From: Escherichia phage vB-Eco-KMB26
Strand: one strand, 5' to 3'
Length of the DNA: 64,000 nt
Sequence record: OR539218.1
The stretch's first letter is position 1, and every line of letters starts with the position of its first letter. The position numbers and the translations under genes were made by a program. Under the pieces are notes generated by a model. That model searched no databases. It was not told the DNA's origin and worked only from the letters and a program-made list of their open reading frames with translations. Below are positions 1 through 10,675 of this stretch, one piece after another.

Positions 1-2178
1 TTAGGCCGCAAGGGCCTTCATAGTTTTAGCGATTTGAGAAACTTCATCATCACTTAAAGAGTTGCGATATCCGATGAAGTCGGAAACAATACGGAATTTC
101 TTGGTAAACTCAGCAACCATTTTATCACTGTTTTTTGAAGCATTATTTGATAATACATCAAAAAGATTAGTTACTGTCCAGATGTCATGACCGATGGTAT
201 CTTTTCCACCATTAAAATATACACCGCGCAATGAACTAACTATATTAGCGAGTCGTGTATATTCTTCAGAAACTTCATCTGTACTGAAGTACTTCATCAT
301 AAAATCTAGTTCAGGATACTTGATAATTTTATCAATATATCGTTGAGCTGAACTTGAATAACCTACGTACTTATCATAATCTACATCATCAAAAGCATCT
401 ACATATAAATCACGCAGAGTTTCAAAAATACATTGGCACTGACCGAGTTCTTTTACCTTTTTCTGCAAAAGCGGACGAATAACATAAAACTCATTAATGC
501 CAATAAGATTAGCCATACGAATCAAAATATTCATAGATGGATGACAAAGAGATGTAGTACCATCCATAGAGAAAATATCAGAACGATGCATATACGCTAC
601 ATACCCAGTAATTTCATCTGCTTCTGTTGTGAGCGTAAATAATTCCTCTTTTTCCCAGCGCCCGTCTTTAATTTCAAACTTAAATGCTGTAGCAGCTTTA
701 GGACGAGGAGCTTTACTTTTAACTACCTTTGGAATATAGCTTTTAACTAAAGCTTCAATTTCTGACAAATAATGAATGTTAACTTCATCACTTTCAAACA
801 TCGCCATAATATCAGGAAGCAAATCAATCTGCGATTCTACTTCTGGATTAATAAACAGAAGGCGTTCGTTGTGATGAATATTCAAAGTGTTATTAAATTC
901 ACTATCATCTAACGCATGTGCTAATCCACGGACAATATTAACACGATTTTTAATATTATCAATAACGATATTAATTTTTGTTGCATTAATACCAAACAGA
1001 CGATAACTTGATGCAACGGCTGAAGTTTCATGACTTTGCTTAATGCGCTTCAGTCGAGGGTCAAGATTTACTTCATACACAACTCCTGCATTGCATAACT
1101 TACTATCAGGTTCAAACATGCTTTGCATCTTCTTATATGACAGATTTTTAGTCGTAAATTTGACTGAATTACTAATCATATAATCTCGAGCAGAATACCC
1201 CATCTTCATCAATTCACGATATGTATGACGGGGAGATGTGGATTCTTTAAATCGTTTTACATCTTCATTAAATGCTTTCTCACTGAGTTCTTTAACTCGT
1301 TCAATAATATTTTTACGAGTACGATCATCCAGTGAAAGAGCCTCGCGAGATGGAGCAATATCAAGTGAACCCATTGGAAACTTAATGTAATTCACTTCAT
1401 TGCGAATGCTTAGCCAGTTACGGTCTCTAATAACACCATCGATAGGATAAACAATACCGCCATAGATAGCATATAATCCACCACGATCAGGCCAGTATCT
1501 TTCTGGATTTACACCGTAATAGTCATCAAAATCCGGAAAATAATCAATTTCGCGGTCAAGACCATTAATGATAGCCAAATCTTTGAATGGTCGCATGATA
1601 TAAGAAACTTCATAAGCAAAGTTTCTAAAGTCTTTTTCTTCAACTGGAACTACGATTTCAATACCAGTTTTATCATCTGGACCCATTTCTTTTACGAATG
1701 TAGGTTTAATTTGTGGACCATCACCATCCATGTAAGCTACATAACCACGAATTTCACCTTTATGATACGAAGTAATACTAAACGTATCAGTATAACTAAA
1801 CGGAGATTTAGAACCTAAACCAAATCCGCCAATAAAGTCATTAGATTCAGCCTTAGATGAACTGAAGTATGAATTATATAACCCAGGAGAATTATCATCA
1901 CCCTGAATATCAAAATCACTCATACCCGGACCAAAATCTCGACAAACAAATCGCGGATCTAATCGTCCTGGAACTTGTATGATAAATTTTTCAGGATTTC
2001 CATTAAGTGCATGGGCATCAATCATATTAGTAATTAATTCACGGACTACTGCACGAATCTTGTTTGTATACAAATCAGATGACAGAATTTTAAATACTTT
2101 AGGATTTGCTGCGATGCTAAATGCTTTTGATTTAGAACCATTGCCAAGAATTGTTTCTTTTTCAGTGGTGATAATCAT
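1..2178 (-). CDS. rIIA: rIIA protein (membrane-associated, lysis-inhibition/rex-exclusion; N-terminal GHKL-like ATPase fold)
   Basis: 725-aa ORF whose size and sequence match my memory of T4 rIIA; stop codon sits at window positions 1-3. Confidence 0.9.
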   Translation of the reverse strand: MIITTEKETILGNGSKSKAFSIAANPKVFKILSSDLYTNKIRAVVRELITNMIDAHALNGNPEKFIIQVPGRLDPRFVCRDFGPGMSDFDIQGDDNSPGLYNSYFSSSKAESNDFIGGFGLGSKSPFSYTDTFSITSYHKGEIRGYVAYMDGDGPQIKPTFVKEMGPDDKTGIEIVVPVEEKDFRNFAYEVSYIMRPFKDLAIINGLDREIDYFPDFDDYYGVNPERYWPDRGGLYAIYGGIVYPIDGVIRDRNWLSIRNEVNYIKFPMGSLDIAPSREALSLDDRTRKNIIERVKELSEKAFNEDVKRFKESTSPRHTYRELMKMGYSARDYMISNSVKFTTKNLSYKKMQSMFEPDSKLCNAGVVYEVNLDPRLKRIKQSHETSAVASSYRLFGINATKINIVIDNIKNRVNIVRGLAHALDDSEFNNTLNIHHNERLLFINPEVESQIDLLPDIMAMFESDEVNIHYLSEIEALVKSYIPKVVKSKAPRPKAATAFKFEIKDGRWEKEELFTLTTEADEITGYVAYMHRSDIFSMDGTTSLCHPSMNILIRMANLIGINEFYVIRPLLQKKVKELGQCQCIFETLRDLYVDAFDDVDYDKYVGYSSSAQRYIDKIIKYPELDFMMKYFSTDEVSEEYTRLANIVSSLRGVYFNGGKDTIGHDIWTVTNLFDVLSNNASKNSDKMVAEFTKKFRIVSDFIGYRNSLSDDEVSQIAKTMKALAA

Positions 2179-2188
2179 AATTTCCTCA

Positions 2189-2392
2189 TTAATTCATATT
2201 ACGTTTAATAACTTCGGCAACTTCTAGTAGTTCATCTTTAGTTGCAGTGTCGGATTGAATTTTATCTCTAATATCTTTAAAGCGGTTTTTAAATTCTTCG
2301 GCTTCTCCCATATCGAAAAAGCGTTGAATGATTCTATATTCTCGATGAACTGCTTTATCAAAAAGTTCTAAATTTACTTTATATGATTTCAT
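2189..2392 (-). CDS. rIIA.1-position small protein
   Basis: 67-aa ORF immediately upstream of rIIA, same strand, with an early promoter directly upstream. Confidence 0.6.
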   Translation of the reverse strand: MKSYKVNLELFDKAVHREYRIIQRFFDMGEAEEFKNRFKDIRDKIQSDTATKDELLEVAEVIKRNMN

Positions 2393-2417
2393 TTCAATAT
2401 CCTCATTTGCCCAATTA

Positions 2418-2447
2418 ATTATACCACATCCTTGTGGTAAAGTAAAC
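2418..2447 (-). promoter_or_regulatory. T4-type early promoter upstream of rIIA.1/rIIA
   Basis: Minus strand GTTTAC, 17 bp, TATAAT; overlaps the 3' end of gene 39. Confidence 0.6.
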
Positions 2448-4267
2448 TACTGGCTCATCCATTCTTTACGAAGGTCAGCATTATCTCCCATGAGCATTTC
2501 AAAAAGCTCTTTCCAGTTCTCAGGAAGTTTAACAACATCATATACTGGATTTTGAATCATCTCACGATATTCAGATTTTTCCAAAGAGCCAAGTCCTTTA
2601 ATATAACGGATGCTATGTTTAGGTAGAGCATCTTTAGCACTCTCATATTCAGCGACTGTATAAAACCATTCTTGTTTTTTACCGACCTGAGCGATGATTA
2701 CAGGAGTTTTGACAAAACGAATTCTTCCTTGCTCAAACAGTTCTGGCCAATTACTAAAAAACCCGAGCAGAGAAGGATAAATGCTTCCTAGACCATCATG
2801 GTCAGCATCAGTCATAATAGCAATATTATGATAATTCAAGTTTTCAGCTTTTTCACCGAGAACTAATCCAGTGATTGCGCAAATATCAAACAATTCTTTG
2901 TTTTTAAGCATATCAGCATATGACATACCCCAACTGTTGAGAACTTTACCGCGCAATGGATAACCACCGTGAAGTTCTTTATCACGAACATCAATAAGAT
3001 ATCCGATAGCCGAATCACCCTCAGTCAAGAAAAGAGTAGTGTCAGCATCTTTACCACAAAGATTCGCTTTGATATGTTTATGAACCTTAGCTTTAGAAGC
3101 CTTTTTAGCTGCTTTAGTTTCTGCTGCTTTTTCTGCCGCCAATTTACGAGCCAAAGCAGCTTCAATAATCGGCATTAGAATTGCTTCATTATTTAGAATA
3201 GCGCGTGAAATCTTTTTAGCATCAAGTTGAATATGACTACGAATTTCGCCAAATGGAGAAGTCAAACGCTCTTTAGTTTGAGAATCAAATCGCATGTTTT
3301 TCATATCACGAACAAACATAACGATAGTCAAACATTCTTTAACACGCGCTTTAGTTACATCAATTTTGAACTTACGTTTGATTTGTGGAATAAGGTCTTC
3401 ACAAATATCATCCATAACACAGTCAATGTGATGGCCACCATTCTTAGTGTGAATGTTATTGACGTATGTTAATTGACGAAAACCATCCGGTGAACGACCA
3501 ACCGCAATAGAACAATTTTCTTGTTCTTGAACAATAGCATGCTCATCATATTGGCGTGCATATTTCTTAAAATTGCCCTGAACCTTTTTACCATTAAAGG
3601 TAAATTGAATATCAGGATAAACTACTGCAAGTGTCTGGAGACGATCTAGTGTAATGTCAAGATAAACTTGGGACAGCTCATTAGTTTCAAATGACATAAA
3701 ATCAGGAATGAAAGTAACACGAGTTCCTTTCCATTTTCCAGGAATAGTTTCCCATGATTTATTTTCCATGCCATTTGAACAACGAACTACAATATTATTT
3801 TGACCATCACCAGTTTCACCGACAAACATCACAGAAAAAATGTTTGTCAAACTAGAACCAACACCATTCATACCGCCAGTGACGCGTTCTTTATCATCAC
3901 CGAAGTTACCACCTGCTTTTGGAATAGTCCATGCAGCAACAGGACCAGGAATTTCTTCACCGGTAGGTGTTTTAACCATCGCCTGCGGAATACCACGACC
4001 GTTATCTTCAACTGTTACTTGATTGTTTTTAATAGTAACATTAATTTTATTTGCGAATTTAAACTTAGTACGAATACCTTCATCTACTGAGTTATCGATA
4101 ATTTCATCAATAAGCTTAACAAGACCAGGTACATACTGAACACTTTCCCATTTACCAAACAGAAAGCGCTCATGCATTTCATTAGCAGAAGAGCCAATAT
4201 ACATGCCACTACGCTTTTTGATATGCTCAATATCGCTCAGAATTTTAATTTCATTCTTAATCATCAC
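2447..4267 (-). CDS. 39: DNA topoisomerase II large subunit (GyrB-like ATPase), continuous 39+60-type ORF
   Basis: 606 aa with GHKL motifs (IDEIIDNSVDE, NGRGIP) and TOPRIM region; one uninterrupted frame. Confidence 0.9.
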   Translation of the reverse strand: MMIKNEIKILSDIEHIKKRSGMYIGSSANEMHERFLFGKWESVQYVPGLVKLIDEIIDNSVDEGIRTKFKFANKINVTIKNNQVTVEDNGRGIPQAMVKTPTGEEIPGPVAAWTIPKAGGNFGDDKERVTGGMNGVGSSLTNIFSVMFVGETGDGQNNIVVRCSNGMENKSWETIPGKWKGTRVTFIPDFMSFETNELSQVYLDITLDRLQTLAVVYPDIQFTFNGKKVQGNFKKYARQYDEHAIVQEQENCSIAVGRSPDGFRQLTYVNNIHTKNGGHHIDCVMDDICEDLIPQIKRKFKIDVTKARVKECLTIVMFVRDMKNMRFDSQTKERLTSPFGEIRSHIQLDAKKISRAILNNEAILMPIIEAALARKLAAEKAAETKAAKKASKAKVHKHIKANLCGKDADTTLFLTEGDSAIGYLIDVRDKELHGGYPLRGKVLNSWGMSYADMLKNKELFDICAITGLVLGEKAENLNYHNIAIMTDADHDGLGSIYPSLLGFFSNWPELFEQGRIRFVKTPVIIAQVGKKQEWFYTVAEYESAKDALPKHSIRYIKGLGSLEKSEYREMIQNPVYDVVKLPENWKELFEMLMGDNADLRKEWMSQ

Positions 4268-4319
4268 TTATCCTCGTTTGGTTTCGGGAATATTATACTC
4301 CGGTAATCATAAAGCTAAA

Positions 4320-4331
4320 GGCCCGAAGGCC
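4320..4331 (-). terminator. UUCG-tetraloop hairpin between 39.1 and 39
   Basis: ggcc-cgaa-ggcc; T-run on the + side, so possibly bidirectional. Confidence 0.5.
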
Positions 4332-4333
4332 TT

Positions 4334-4603
4334 TTATTTAAAACGAATAGTCGAATCCTTGAAGAATAGTCCAGAACATACTGTTCCTTCTACTTTCTGC
4401 CCAGTAGGTCCAATAGCACGAAATCCAGTATGCTGGAAATCATTTTCAGAGCAACCGAACCAATTATATCCAGTGATTTCAATATTAGTAAAACCACTTG
4501 AAGACAAAACTTTGGTTGCATTATCAGCATCAGTACATCCTATTAAAGACACTGCTAATACTAATGCTGCGATAGAACGATTAATATATTTCATAATTTT
4601 CAC
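4334..4603 (-). CDS. small lipoprotein-like protein (39.1 position)
   Basis: 89 aa; N-terminal hydrophobic signal with lipobox-like LIGC; stop codon abuts a tetraloop hairpin. Confidence 0.6.
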   Translation of the reverse strand: MKIMKYINRSIAALVLAVSLIGCTDADNATKVLSSSGFTNIEITGYNWFGCSENDFQHTGFRAIGPTGQKVEGTVCSGLFFKDSTIRFK

Positions 4604-4971
4604 TTAAATTTAATGACTTGAAGAAGACTAATAACTCTCAAGCGACTTCTTTCATCTTTAACTGTAAAAGAAAGAGGGTCACCAGACTTCATAGTAATAG
4701 TGCATTCAAAATCAAAATCTTCGGGAACTTCTTCGAAGAAGTCAAATTCTTCATCATATATTAGAACATTACTCTGAAAACTGTGAAGAATTTTTCCGTC
4801 ATTTCCAGATGCTGTACTAATCATTGTAACGTTATTACCTTTCATATCTTCAACGATAAATTCGCTTGTAGATATTACAGCATTAATAGAACCATTCCTA
4901 TAAATAGCAGAAAATAGATATTTCTTTTCTTCACCTTCGCGAATGCGATATTTCTTACCGATTTTAAACAT
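4600..4971 (-). CDS. hypothetical protein (39.2 position)
   Basis: 123-aa ORF, 4-nt overlap with downstream gene, same strand. Confidence 0.5.
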   Translation of the reverse strand: MFKIGKKYRIREGEEKKYLFSAIYRNGSINAVISTSEFIVEDMKGNNVTMISTASGNDGKILHSFQSNVLIYDEEFDFFEEVPEDFDFECTITMKSGDPLSFTVKDERSRLRVISLLQVIKFK

Positions 4972-4973
4972 AA

Positions 4974-5150
4974 TTACCCTTTAAGTAAGTCGTAAAATCC
5001 GCCATTCACATGCTTAGGGGCAGAGACTAACCGAATAGCAATCCGATGACAATCAGGACATACATCAGTATCTCTTTCAGAAATTTTCTTGATTTTTTCG
5101 TATTCTTTTGCGCAGTCTTTTGATTGACATTTATAATCATAAAGCGGCAT
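4974..5150 (-). CDS. small zinc-ribbon protein (CxxC...CxxC)
   Basis: 58-aa ORF not in track: MPLYDYKCQSKDC...CPDCHRIAIR...; fills the 4971-5153 gap, frame fixed against neighbouring ORF ends. Confidence 0.5.
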   Translation of the reverse strand: MPLYDYKCQSKDCAKEYEKIKKISERDTDVCPDCHRIAIRLVSAPKHVNGGFYDLLKG

Positions 5151-5152
5151 AA

Positions 5153-5566
5153 TTATTCCTTAAAGTGAGCTTTCAACATCTGATACAAGGACCATGCCTG
5201 TTCATCATTTTCAATAGTAACTTTCATTACAGGGAATTTAGATTGATCAGTTATCGGTGCAGATTCTTCCTGCTCTTCAGCTGCCTGGTATGGATTTTCA
5301 ACTTCATTAAAGAATTCAGCTTCATTCGATGAAAGCCAAATAAAATCTTCATCCAAAATATCTTTACCAGAAGATAGTACTAAATTTCCAGCAAATGACA
5401 TAATTTTAATAGGACGCCCAAGAGCATCCACATCTAAAATTTTAAAAGGATGCATACCTAAACGGCGTGCATAGATTCCGTTATCAGTATGGTCTTTAAT
5501 AAAATTTTCTTGAGCTTGTTTATTTTTAAATTGATACCATTTATTAACTTCAAATTTAATAGCCAT
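5153..5566 (-). CDS. hypothetical protein (position of T4 goF)
   Basis: 137-aa ORF; assignment by position and size only. Confidence 0.5.
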   Translation of the reverse strand: MAIKFEVNKWYQFKNKQAQENFIKDHTDNGIYARRLGMHPFKILDVDALGRPIKIMSFAGNLVLSSGKDILDEDFIWLSSNEAEFFNEVENPYQAAEEQEESAPITDQSKFPVMKVTIENDEQAWSLYQMLKAHFKE

Positions 5567-5784
5567 TAATAAATTTCCTTCCAGTAAGTTGTACCATCTT
5601 CAGTGATTTCACGAAATACACCGTAAATTGGTTGTTTATCACCGACTTTCTCATATACATAAACCGAAGTCAAGTGAGTAAACTTGATAGTGTGTTCCTT
5701 TTGAACTACTACCAAATCTGGATCGAATAATACATCTTCAAATTCATCATTAGTGCAATTCTGAACAATTTTACGTTTCATCAT
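5566..5784 (-). CDS. hypothetical protein (position of T4 cef)
   Basis: 72-aa ORF with GAGGAA Shine-Dalgarno upstream of the ATG. Confidence 0.5.
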   Translation of the reverse strand: MMKRKIVQNCTNDEFEDVLFDPDLVVVQKEHTIKFTHLTSVYVYEKVGDKQPIYGVFREITEDGTTYWKEIY

Positions 5785-5883
5785 AATTTCCTCATTAATT
5801 GAACATTGGAGCGATGCGTTTCAGAAGAGTATCAGCGCACCTTTAACGAATTATCCATTTTATTCTTCAAGTTGTTTTCTGTA

Positions 5884-5929
5884 TCAGTAGTTGATATTGA
5901 TATAGTACCATAATCAACTACTGATGTAT
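5884..5929 (-). promoter_or_regulatory. 13-bp perfect inverted repeat enclosing a TGGTACTAT -10-like motif
   Basis: atcagtagttgat ... atcaactactgat read directly; the loop carries the same extended -10 as the early promoters but no GTTTAC -35. Confidence 0.4.
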
Positions 5930-5955
5930 ATAGTTTTATGAAAAAATTTTAAACT

Positions 5956-6447
5956 TTATGCATAGCGAGCTTTGCTGTAGTGTTTAATCCAACTTTCAGG
6001 AATGACTTTGTATGTTCCTAAAAATACCGCGTTGTATAACTTAACGCCATCTTCTACCCATTGATCAGTAATGTATGCACACATAGCGCGAGTACGCTGA
6101 GGAAGTGGTTGTCCACCTTCGGTAAATTCAAACTCATAAGGAGCAATGAACTTGATAGCTTGACCAAGTTTCCACTTAAAGTCTACACCTACATGCGAAG
6201 TATCAATCGTTTCAATTCCTTTAGCAGGAACAGCTTTCAAAAACGCAGGCTCAAGAAATTTCCATCGAACATAACCAAACTGGGGCTTAGACATTCCATC
6301 TTTAGCAATGATACGTACTTTTACTTCAGAATCTTCATCTTTAACACCGTGTTTAAGCTGAATGCTTACAACTTCGACCAATTTTCCTGCTGCTTTAGAA
6401 CGGGATTTATCAGATACACGAGCAATTTCACCGATATTAATATTCAT
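5956..6447 (-). CDS. motB: MotB-like protein (163 aa)
   Basis: Position and size agree with T4 MotB (recalled as 162 aa); C-terminal domain shared with the next ORF. Confidence 0.5.
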   Translation of the reverse strand: MNINIGEIARVSDKSRSKAAGKLVEVVSIQLKHGVKDEDSEVKVRIIAKDGMSKPQFGYVRWKFLEPAFLKAVPAKGIETIDTSHVGVDFKWKLGQAIKFIAPYEFEFTEGGQPLPQRTRAMCAYITDQWVEDGVKLYNAVFLGTYKVIPESWIKHYSKARYA

Positions 6448-6523
6448 AATTATCTCTCACTTGTTAAAAAGATTTTATACTCCACAGGACCATTATACTC
6501 TGGTCCCAAGAGTTTGTAAACTA

Positions 6524-7063
6524 TTAATTCAAAATAGCTACCACTGCACTACGAGGTACTACGCTAAAATCACCTGCATGAACAACGTTCAGAAGTTCAA
6601 CACCATCTTCAATCCATTGGTCTGTTACCCAACCACAGACCGAAATAAATGGGGTCTTAATAGCTACAGCACGAGTCAAAAGGTCAGTAGGATCAACTTC
6701 TTTGAAGAGGATAAGCTCTGCTTCAAAGACTATAGTTTTAATTACTTCATCATTATCTAAACGTTGTGCTCGAATCACGTAAGCTTTATTCTTATCATGC
6801 CAGTTACTTTTTGAAAAGCTTTTAACCACAAACTCGCCTTCACCAAAAACGCTAGTCAATGCTTTATAACCCAAATTTAGTTCAGTAGTTTTAATTTCAG
6901 TTTCAACTAGTTTGTAGGTTTTGCCGATTTCAATAGCGGTAGTCATAGTAGGTTCCTTAATTTCCAGTGGTTTAACAGGGCATACATAAGTGCTTACAAC
7001 ATCAAAATCAATCAGTTTAGCTACCGGATTTGGTATGTATTCAGGATTATAATTAAATTTCAT
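6524..7063 (-). CDS. hypothetical protein, paralogue of the MotB-like C-terminal domain
   Basis: 179 aa; C-terminus VTDQWIEDGVELLNVV resembles ITDQWVEDGVKLYNAV of 5956..6447. Confidence 0.6.
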   Translation of the reverse strand: MKFNYNPEYIPNPVAKLIDFDVVSTYVCPVKPLEIKEPTMTTAIEIGKTYKLVETEIKTTELNLGYKALTSVFGEGEFVVKSFSKSNWHDKNKAYVIRAQRLDNDEVIKTIVFEAELILFKEVDPTDLLTRAVAIKTPFISVCGWVTDQWIEDGVELLNVVHAGDFSVVPRSAVVAILN

Positions 7064-7065
7064 AA

Positions 7066-7566
7066 TTATCTCATTTCAATAAAATCTACGAGTTCAGCAT
7101 GCGATTTGCGGAACATTACTTGGTGCCCACCAATGATAACTTCATCTTCAGGAACTTCGTATACAGCGAGATAAAATCCTTTAGAAGATAATTCTTCCCG
7201 CTCTTCTCGTGTGAACCATCTCATCATATCATATTCACTAGCGAAAGCAAAATGATAAAGACCTATAAACCATCCTGGAATATGATATTCTACTCCAACA
7301 TAATCTTTCTTGAACTTAGTATTAATTACTATATTAGCGTTTTTAACTAATAGTTTATCTTCGTGTGGTAAAGGAATTCTTTTATTATTATCGCTATGAT
7401 GCATAAAATTAGGTCTGTCATAACCTACGTGTAATAGCCACTCTTCGCTCCATGAATCTATTATACTCCTGTACGGCGTTATTTGAACACAAAGATTTCG
7501 ACGTATTGTTATAGCATCTTCATAATCAAGAATACTAAACGATGATTCAACACGATAAATTTTCAT
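7066..7566 (-). CDS. hypothetical protein (motB.2 position)
   Basis: Track ORF 7066..7605 trimmed to the ATG preceded by GAGGAT, so the early promoter at 7594..7623 lies upstream of the start. Confidence 0.55.
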   Translation of the reverse strand: MKIYRVESSFSILDYEDAITIRRNLCVQITPYRSIIDSWSEEWLLHVGYDRPNFMHHSDNNKRIPLPHEDKLLVKNANIVINTKFKKDYVGVEYHIPGWFIGLYHFAFASEYDMMRWFTREEREELSSKGFYLAVYEVPEDEVIIGGHQVMFRKSHAELVDFIEMR

Positions 7567-7593
7567 TTTATTATCCTCAGTAGCTATGGTGTT

Positions 7594-7623
7594 ATAATAC
7601 CACAACTAACCGAGGAAGTAAAC
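7594..7623 (-). promoter_or_regulatory. T4-type early promoter
   Basis: Minus strand GTTTAC, 17-bp spacer, TATTAT. Confidence 0.55.
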
Positions 7624-7629
7624 AACTTT

Positions 7630-8313
7630 TTATCGTTTTGTTGGAAGAGATAGAGGATCGCAATCTTCCTCTGATGGAGCATCTTCAAGACCCATAGCAT
7701 ATCGCAAAGCGTACTTCATCATCAGGATGTCTTTCGCACAGTCATGAATAGAATCATGCGCAACGAATCCATCTAAAGTTCCTTTTGGAAGAGGACACGT
7801 GGTCATATCACGAACAAGCAGAAGTGCTTCAATTCTGGTACGAATATCACGCTGATTCCAGAATTTACATGGTTCTAACTTAAATGTGTCAAGTTCATTC
7901 TCAGAAACACCATTAAGACGTTGAATATCACGAATGAGATCGACTAAAATTGGAAAATCAAACGACATTCCACGGCACCAGCCTTGAGATTTCCAAGGAT
8001 CGATATTATGTGCATTGATGTAATCATTAAATTTCGCAATACCGTCGATAGTGCTTACATCTTCATCGGACGGTGCAATATTTTTTCGAGCTTCAGGAGA
8101 CTGATTTTTCCACCATTCGATAGTGCTTTTAGTAAAAAGACGATGTCCTTTTTGGCTTTTTAAATCAAATTTGATTTTAATGCCGCGTGAAACTAATTCA
8201 TCAAATGTTTCAACTACTTCTGGGTTAGGGTCAAAAGCAATTACAGCTAAATCAATAACAGCTGCTTTTTCACCACTTCCCATTGTTTCAAAATCTATAA
8301 TAAAATCAAACAT
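7630..8313 (-). CDS. dexA: exonuclease A (DEDDh 3'-5' exonuclease)
   Basis: 227 aa; N-terminal DxE motif (FDFIIDFET); size matches T4 DexA. Confidence 0.8.
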   Translation of the reverse strand: MFDFIIDFETMGSGEKAAVIDLAVIAFDPNPEVVETFDELVSRGIKIKFDLKSQKGHRLFTKSTIEWWKNQSPEARKNIAPSDEDVSTIDGIAKFNDYINAHNIDPWKSQGWCRGMSFDFPILVDLIRDIQRLNGVSENELDTFKLEPCKFWNQRDIRTRIEALLLVRDMTTCPLPKGTLDGFVAHDSIHDCAKDILMMKYALRYAMGLEDAPSEEDCDPLSLPTKR

Positions 8314-8588
8314 TAAATTTTCCTTGCTAAATCGCGAATTTGACCTACAGTATAATCTTGAATATAAACTTTATTAATAGGTTCATCAATAAATTTTGCC
8401 ATAGATTCAATATCTTTTTGTATTTCTTCAAGACTGTATATTATCTTTAAAGCTTTTTCGCGAATAGTAATATTTTCAGGACCAGAATTTTTCTCAATGA
8501 CAGCTTTAACATTTGTCATAAGAGATTTAAACTGACACCAACTTAATTCAATCATTAATAACCGCCTTATAAAGATGGCTAATTTCAC
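8313..8588 (-). CDS. small hypothetical protein (dexA.1 position)
   Basis: 91-aa ORF; C-terminal VYIQDYTVGQIRDL resembles the next ORF. Confidence 0.5.
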   Translation of the reverse strand: MKLAIFIRRLLMIELSWCQFKSLMTNVKAVIEKNSGPENITIREKALKIIYSLEEIQKDIESMAKFIDEPINKVYIQDYTVGQIRDLARKI

Positions 8589-8808
8589 CTAAAATGTAAT
8601 CACTGATTGTAACAGTTTTTACTTCACCACAAAAGAATTCTAACGCAATCAAATCTCGTTCAATTTCTTCCAATTGAAGCATTAACTTGCCTGATTCAAT
8701 TTTCACGTTTTTGCGATTTTTACTATAAGCTATTTCATAAATTTCGCTAACTTTATCCTGAAGAAGATAAAACTGATCTTTAGTTATTTCCACGAATAGC
8801 TTCCTCAA
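8548..8808 (-). CDS. small hypothetical protein (dexA.2 position), paralogue of 8313..8588
   Basis: 86 aa; C-terminal VTISDYILGEISHL. Confidence 0.5.
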   Translation of the reverse strand: MRKLFVEITKDQFYLLQDKVSEIYEIAYSKNRKNVKIESGKLMLQLEEIERDLIALEFFCGEVKTVTISDYILGEISHLYKAVIND

Positions 8809-9040
8809 ATTTAATTAGTAATTTACAGACACTTTCATCTAGTGTAATTACCGTATCTGTATTACTGTGATATGATTGTTTTTCAATTCGTTTAATTGCT
8901 AATATAGTATCACTTATAAGATAAAGCTTATGAAGGAGCTCAGCTCCTGTTACCATAACATTAAGATTATCTTGCTTATTAGTATGCTTCCTTATACCAT
9001 CTATTAGACGATTTAAATATTTTGAATTGATGTTAATCAT
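8780..9040 (-). CDS. small hypothetical protein
   Basis: 86-aa ORF between the dexA.2-like ORF and dda. Confidence 0.45.
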   Translation of the reverse strand: MININSKYLNRLIDGIRKHTNKQDNLNVMVTGAELLHKLYLISDTILAIKRIEKQSYHSNTDTVITLDESVCKLLIKFEEAIRGNN

Positions 9041-9046
9041 ATAGCC

Positions 9047-10366
9047 TCACACATAAAACACATCATAACGACCACGGGTAACACCAACATAAAGAAGTTG
9101 TTGGGCCAATTCAGCATCTGCATAATGAATACAAGGCGTATAAATGAAAGCACGGTCTACAGACATACCCTGAGCTTTATGGAATGTTGATGCAGGAAGT
9201 GCTTTCACTTTACTAAACTGTGATTTAGCATCCCAAAAATCACTCCATGGAGCTTTTCCGCCTTTGTTCCAATTTTTATAAGTTTCTGCCGTTTTACCTA
9301 AAAATAGGTTAAACTTATATAACTCTTCATCAGATGAAATTATTTTAATCTTTTCACGATAATATTCATCATCGCCGTAAGTTTCTACTGTTAAATCCCA
9401 ATGACGAATTAAGTATTCTCCAGGAACACCACGAGCTTTAACAAACGTCGATGTATACTCTGCTTCTATAATACGAACTAATTGTCCGTTATTAAAAATA
9501 ATTTCTGACACAGGCTTTCCATCAATTTTATATGTTTTAATTAATGGTTCCTGCATTACAATAATTTCACCGACAATAAAATCTTTATCAGTTTCAAAAA
9601 TCTTTTTACGAATAATGCTATTTAACTTGTCAACAGATTTATTCGTAAATGCCATTACGCGATTTTCAAACAAATCATCTAGTGATTTTACGATTGAAAA
9701 ATAATTTACCATAAAATCGCGTAAAGCGGTATCACCTGTAAATCCACGTACTCCATGCCCGTCAACAATTTTATCATAAATCCACTTACCGTTACGAACG
9801 TCAGTAGCTACATCAATAATAGGAGCATTACTGCGTTTAACTTCAGTGAGTTCACACTGATAAAAATCTTTGTGTGTAAAGAATGGACTGATATAAGCAG
9901 TGTTTTCTCCTGGGTCAACAGGTCTAATCTGCTTATTATCACCTATTCCAATTATAGTACACCACGGCGGGATAGTTGAAAGCAGAATTTTAAATAGCTT
10001 TCTATCATACATTGACACTTCGTCGCAGATTAATACTCTGCATTTAGCTAAATCTGGTACTTCCTTCTGTTCAAAAAGAACGTTTTCTTCATACGTAACT
10101 GGGTTAATTTTAAGAATACTGTGAATAGTACTCGCTTCTTTCCCCGACAGTTTTGAAAGAATCTTTTTAGCTGCATGTGTAGGAGCTGCCAAAATGATAC
10201 CAGTTTCGCCTGTTGATATTAAAGCTTCAATGATGAACTTAGTAAGAGTAGTCTTACCAGTACCAGCAGGTCCATTAATAGTTACATGATGTTTCTTTTC
10301 TTTAATAGCCCTCATAACGATGTTAAAGGCATTTTTCTGGCCTTCGGTCAAATCATCAAATGTCAT
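9047..10366 (-). CDS. dda: Dda DNA helicase (SF1B)
   Basis: 439 aa; Walker A GPAGTGKT; sequence matches recalled T4 Dda. Confidence 0.9.
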   Translation of the reverse strand: MTFDDLTEGQKNAFNIVMRAIKEKKHHVTINGPAGTGKTTLTKFIIEALISTGETGIILAAPTHAAKKILSKLSGKEASTIHSILKINPVTYEENVLFEQKEVPDLAKCRVLICDEVSMYDRKLFKILLSTIPPWCTIIGIGDNKQIRPVDPGENTAYISPFFTHKDFYQCELTEVKRSNAPIIDVATDVRNGKWIYDKIVDGHGVRGFTGDTALRDFMVNYFSIVKSLDDLFENRVMAFTNKSVDKLNSIIRKKIFETDKDFIVGEIIVMQEPLIKTYKIDGKPVSEIIFNNGQLVRIIEAEYTSTFVKARGVPGEYLIRHWDLTVETYGDDEYYREKIKIISSDEELYKFNLFLGKTAETYKNWNKGGKAPWSDFWDAKSQFSKVKALPASTFHKAQGMSVDRAFIYTPCIHYADAELAQQLLYVGVTRGRYDVFYV

Positions 10367-10674
10367 CGTAAATTCCCTGCAATTGGTATACTAACAATAC
10401 GCCCAGTATCTAAAATTCGCTGATATAATCTTTGTGTGTCTACGTCAGGCTTAACATGTTTAACTTCTATTTTATTAAACCAAAACTTGCGTGGAGTCTC
10501 AACTAATCTTGGAATTCCCTTACCTAAAGCTAATCGATACTGCTCTTTAAGAGTAGTAAATACTTTATCAGCAATATTCCATTCAAAAAATACAGCAGGA
10601 CGATGTTCATCAAGCGGAACTGGCGCCGTAAATCCGTCTTTGTCTCGGTAAACTATCGCATATACATAAACCAT
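10363..10674 (-). CDS. hypothetical protein (dda.1 position)
   Basis: 103-aa ORF, 4-nt overlap with dda. Confidence 0.6.
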   Translation of the reverse strand: MVYVYAIVYRDKDGFTAPVPLDEHRPAVFFEWNIADKVFTTLKEQYRLALGKGIPRLVETPRKFWFNKIEVKHVKPDVDTQRLYQRILDTGRIVSIPIAGNLR

Positions 10675-10675
10675 A

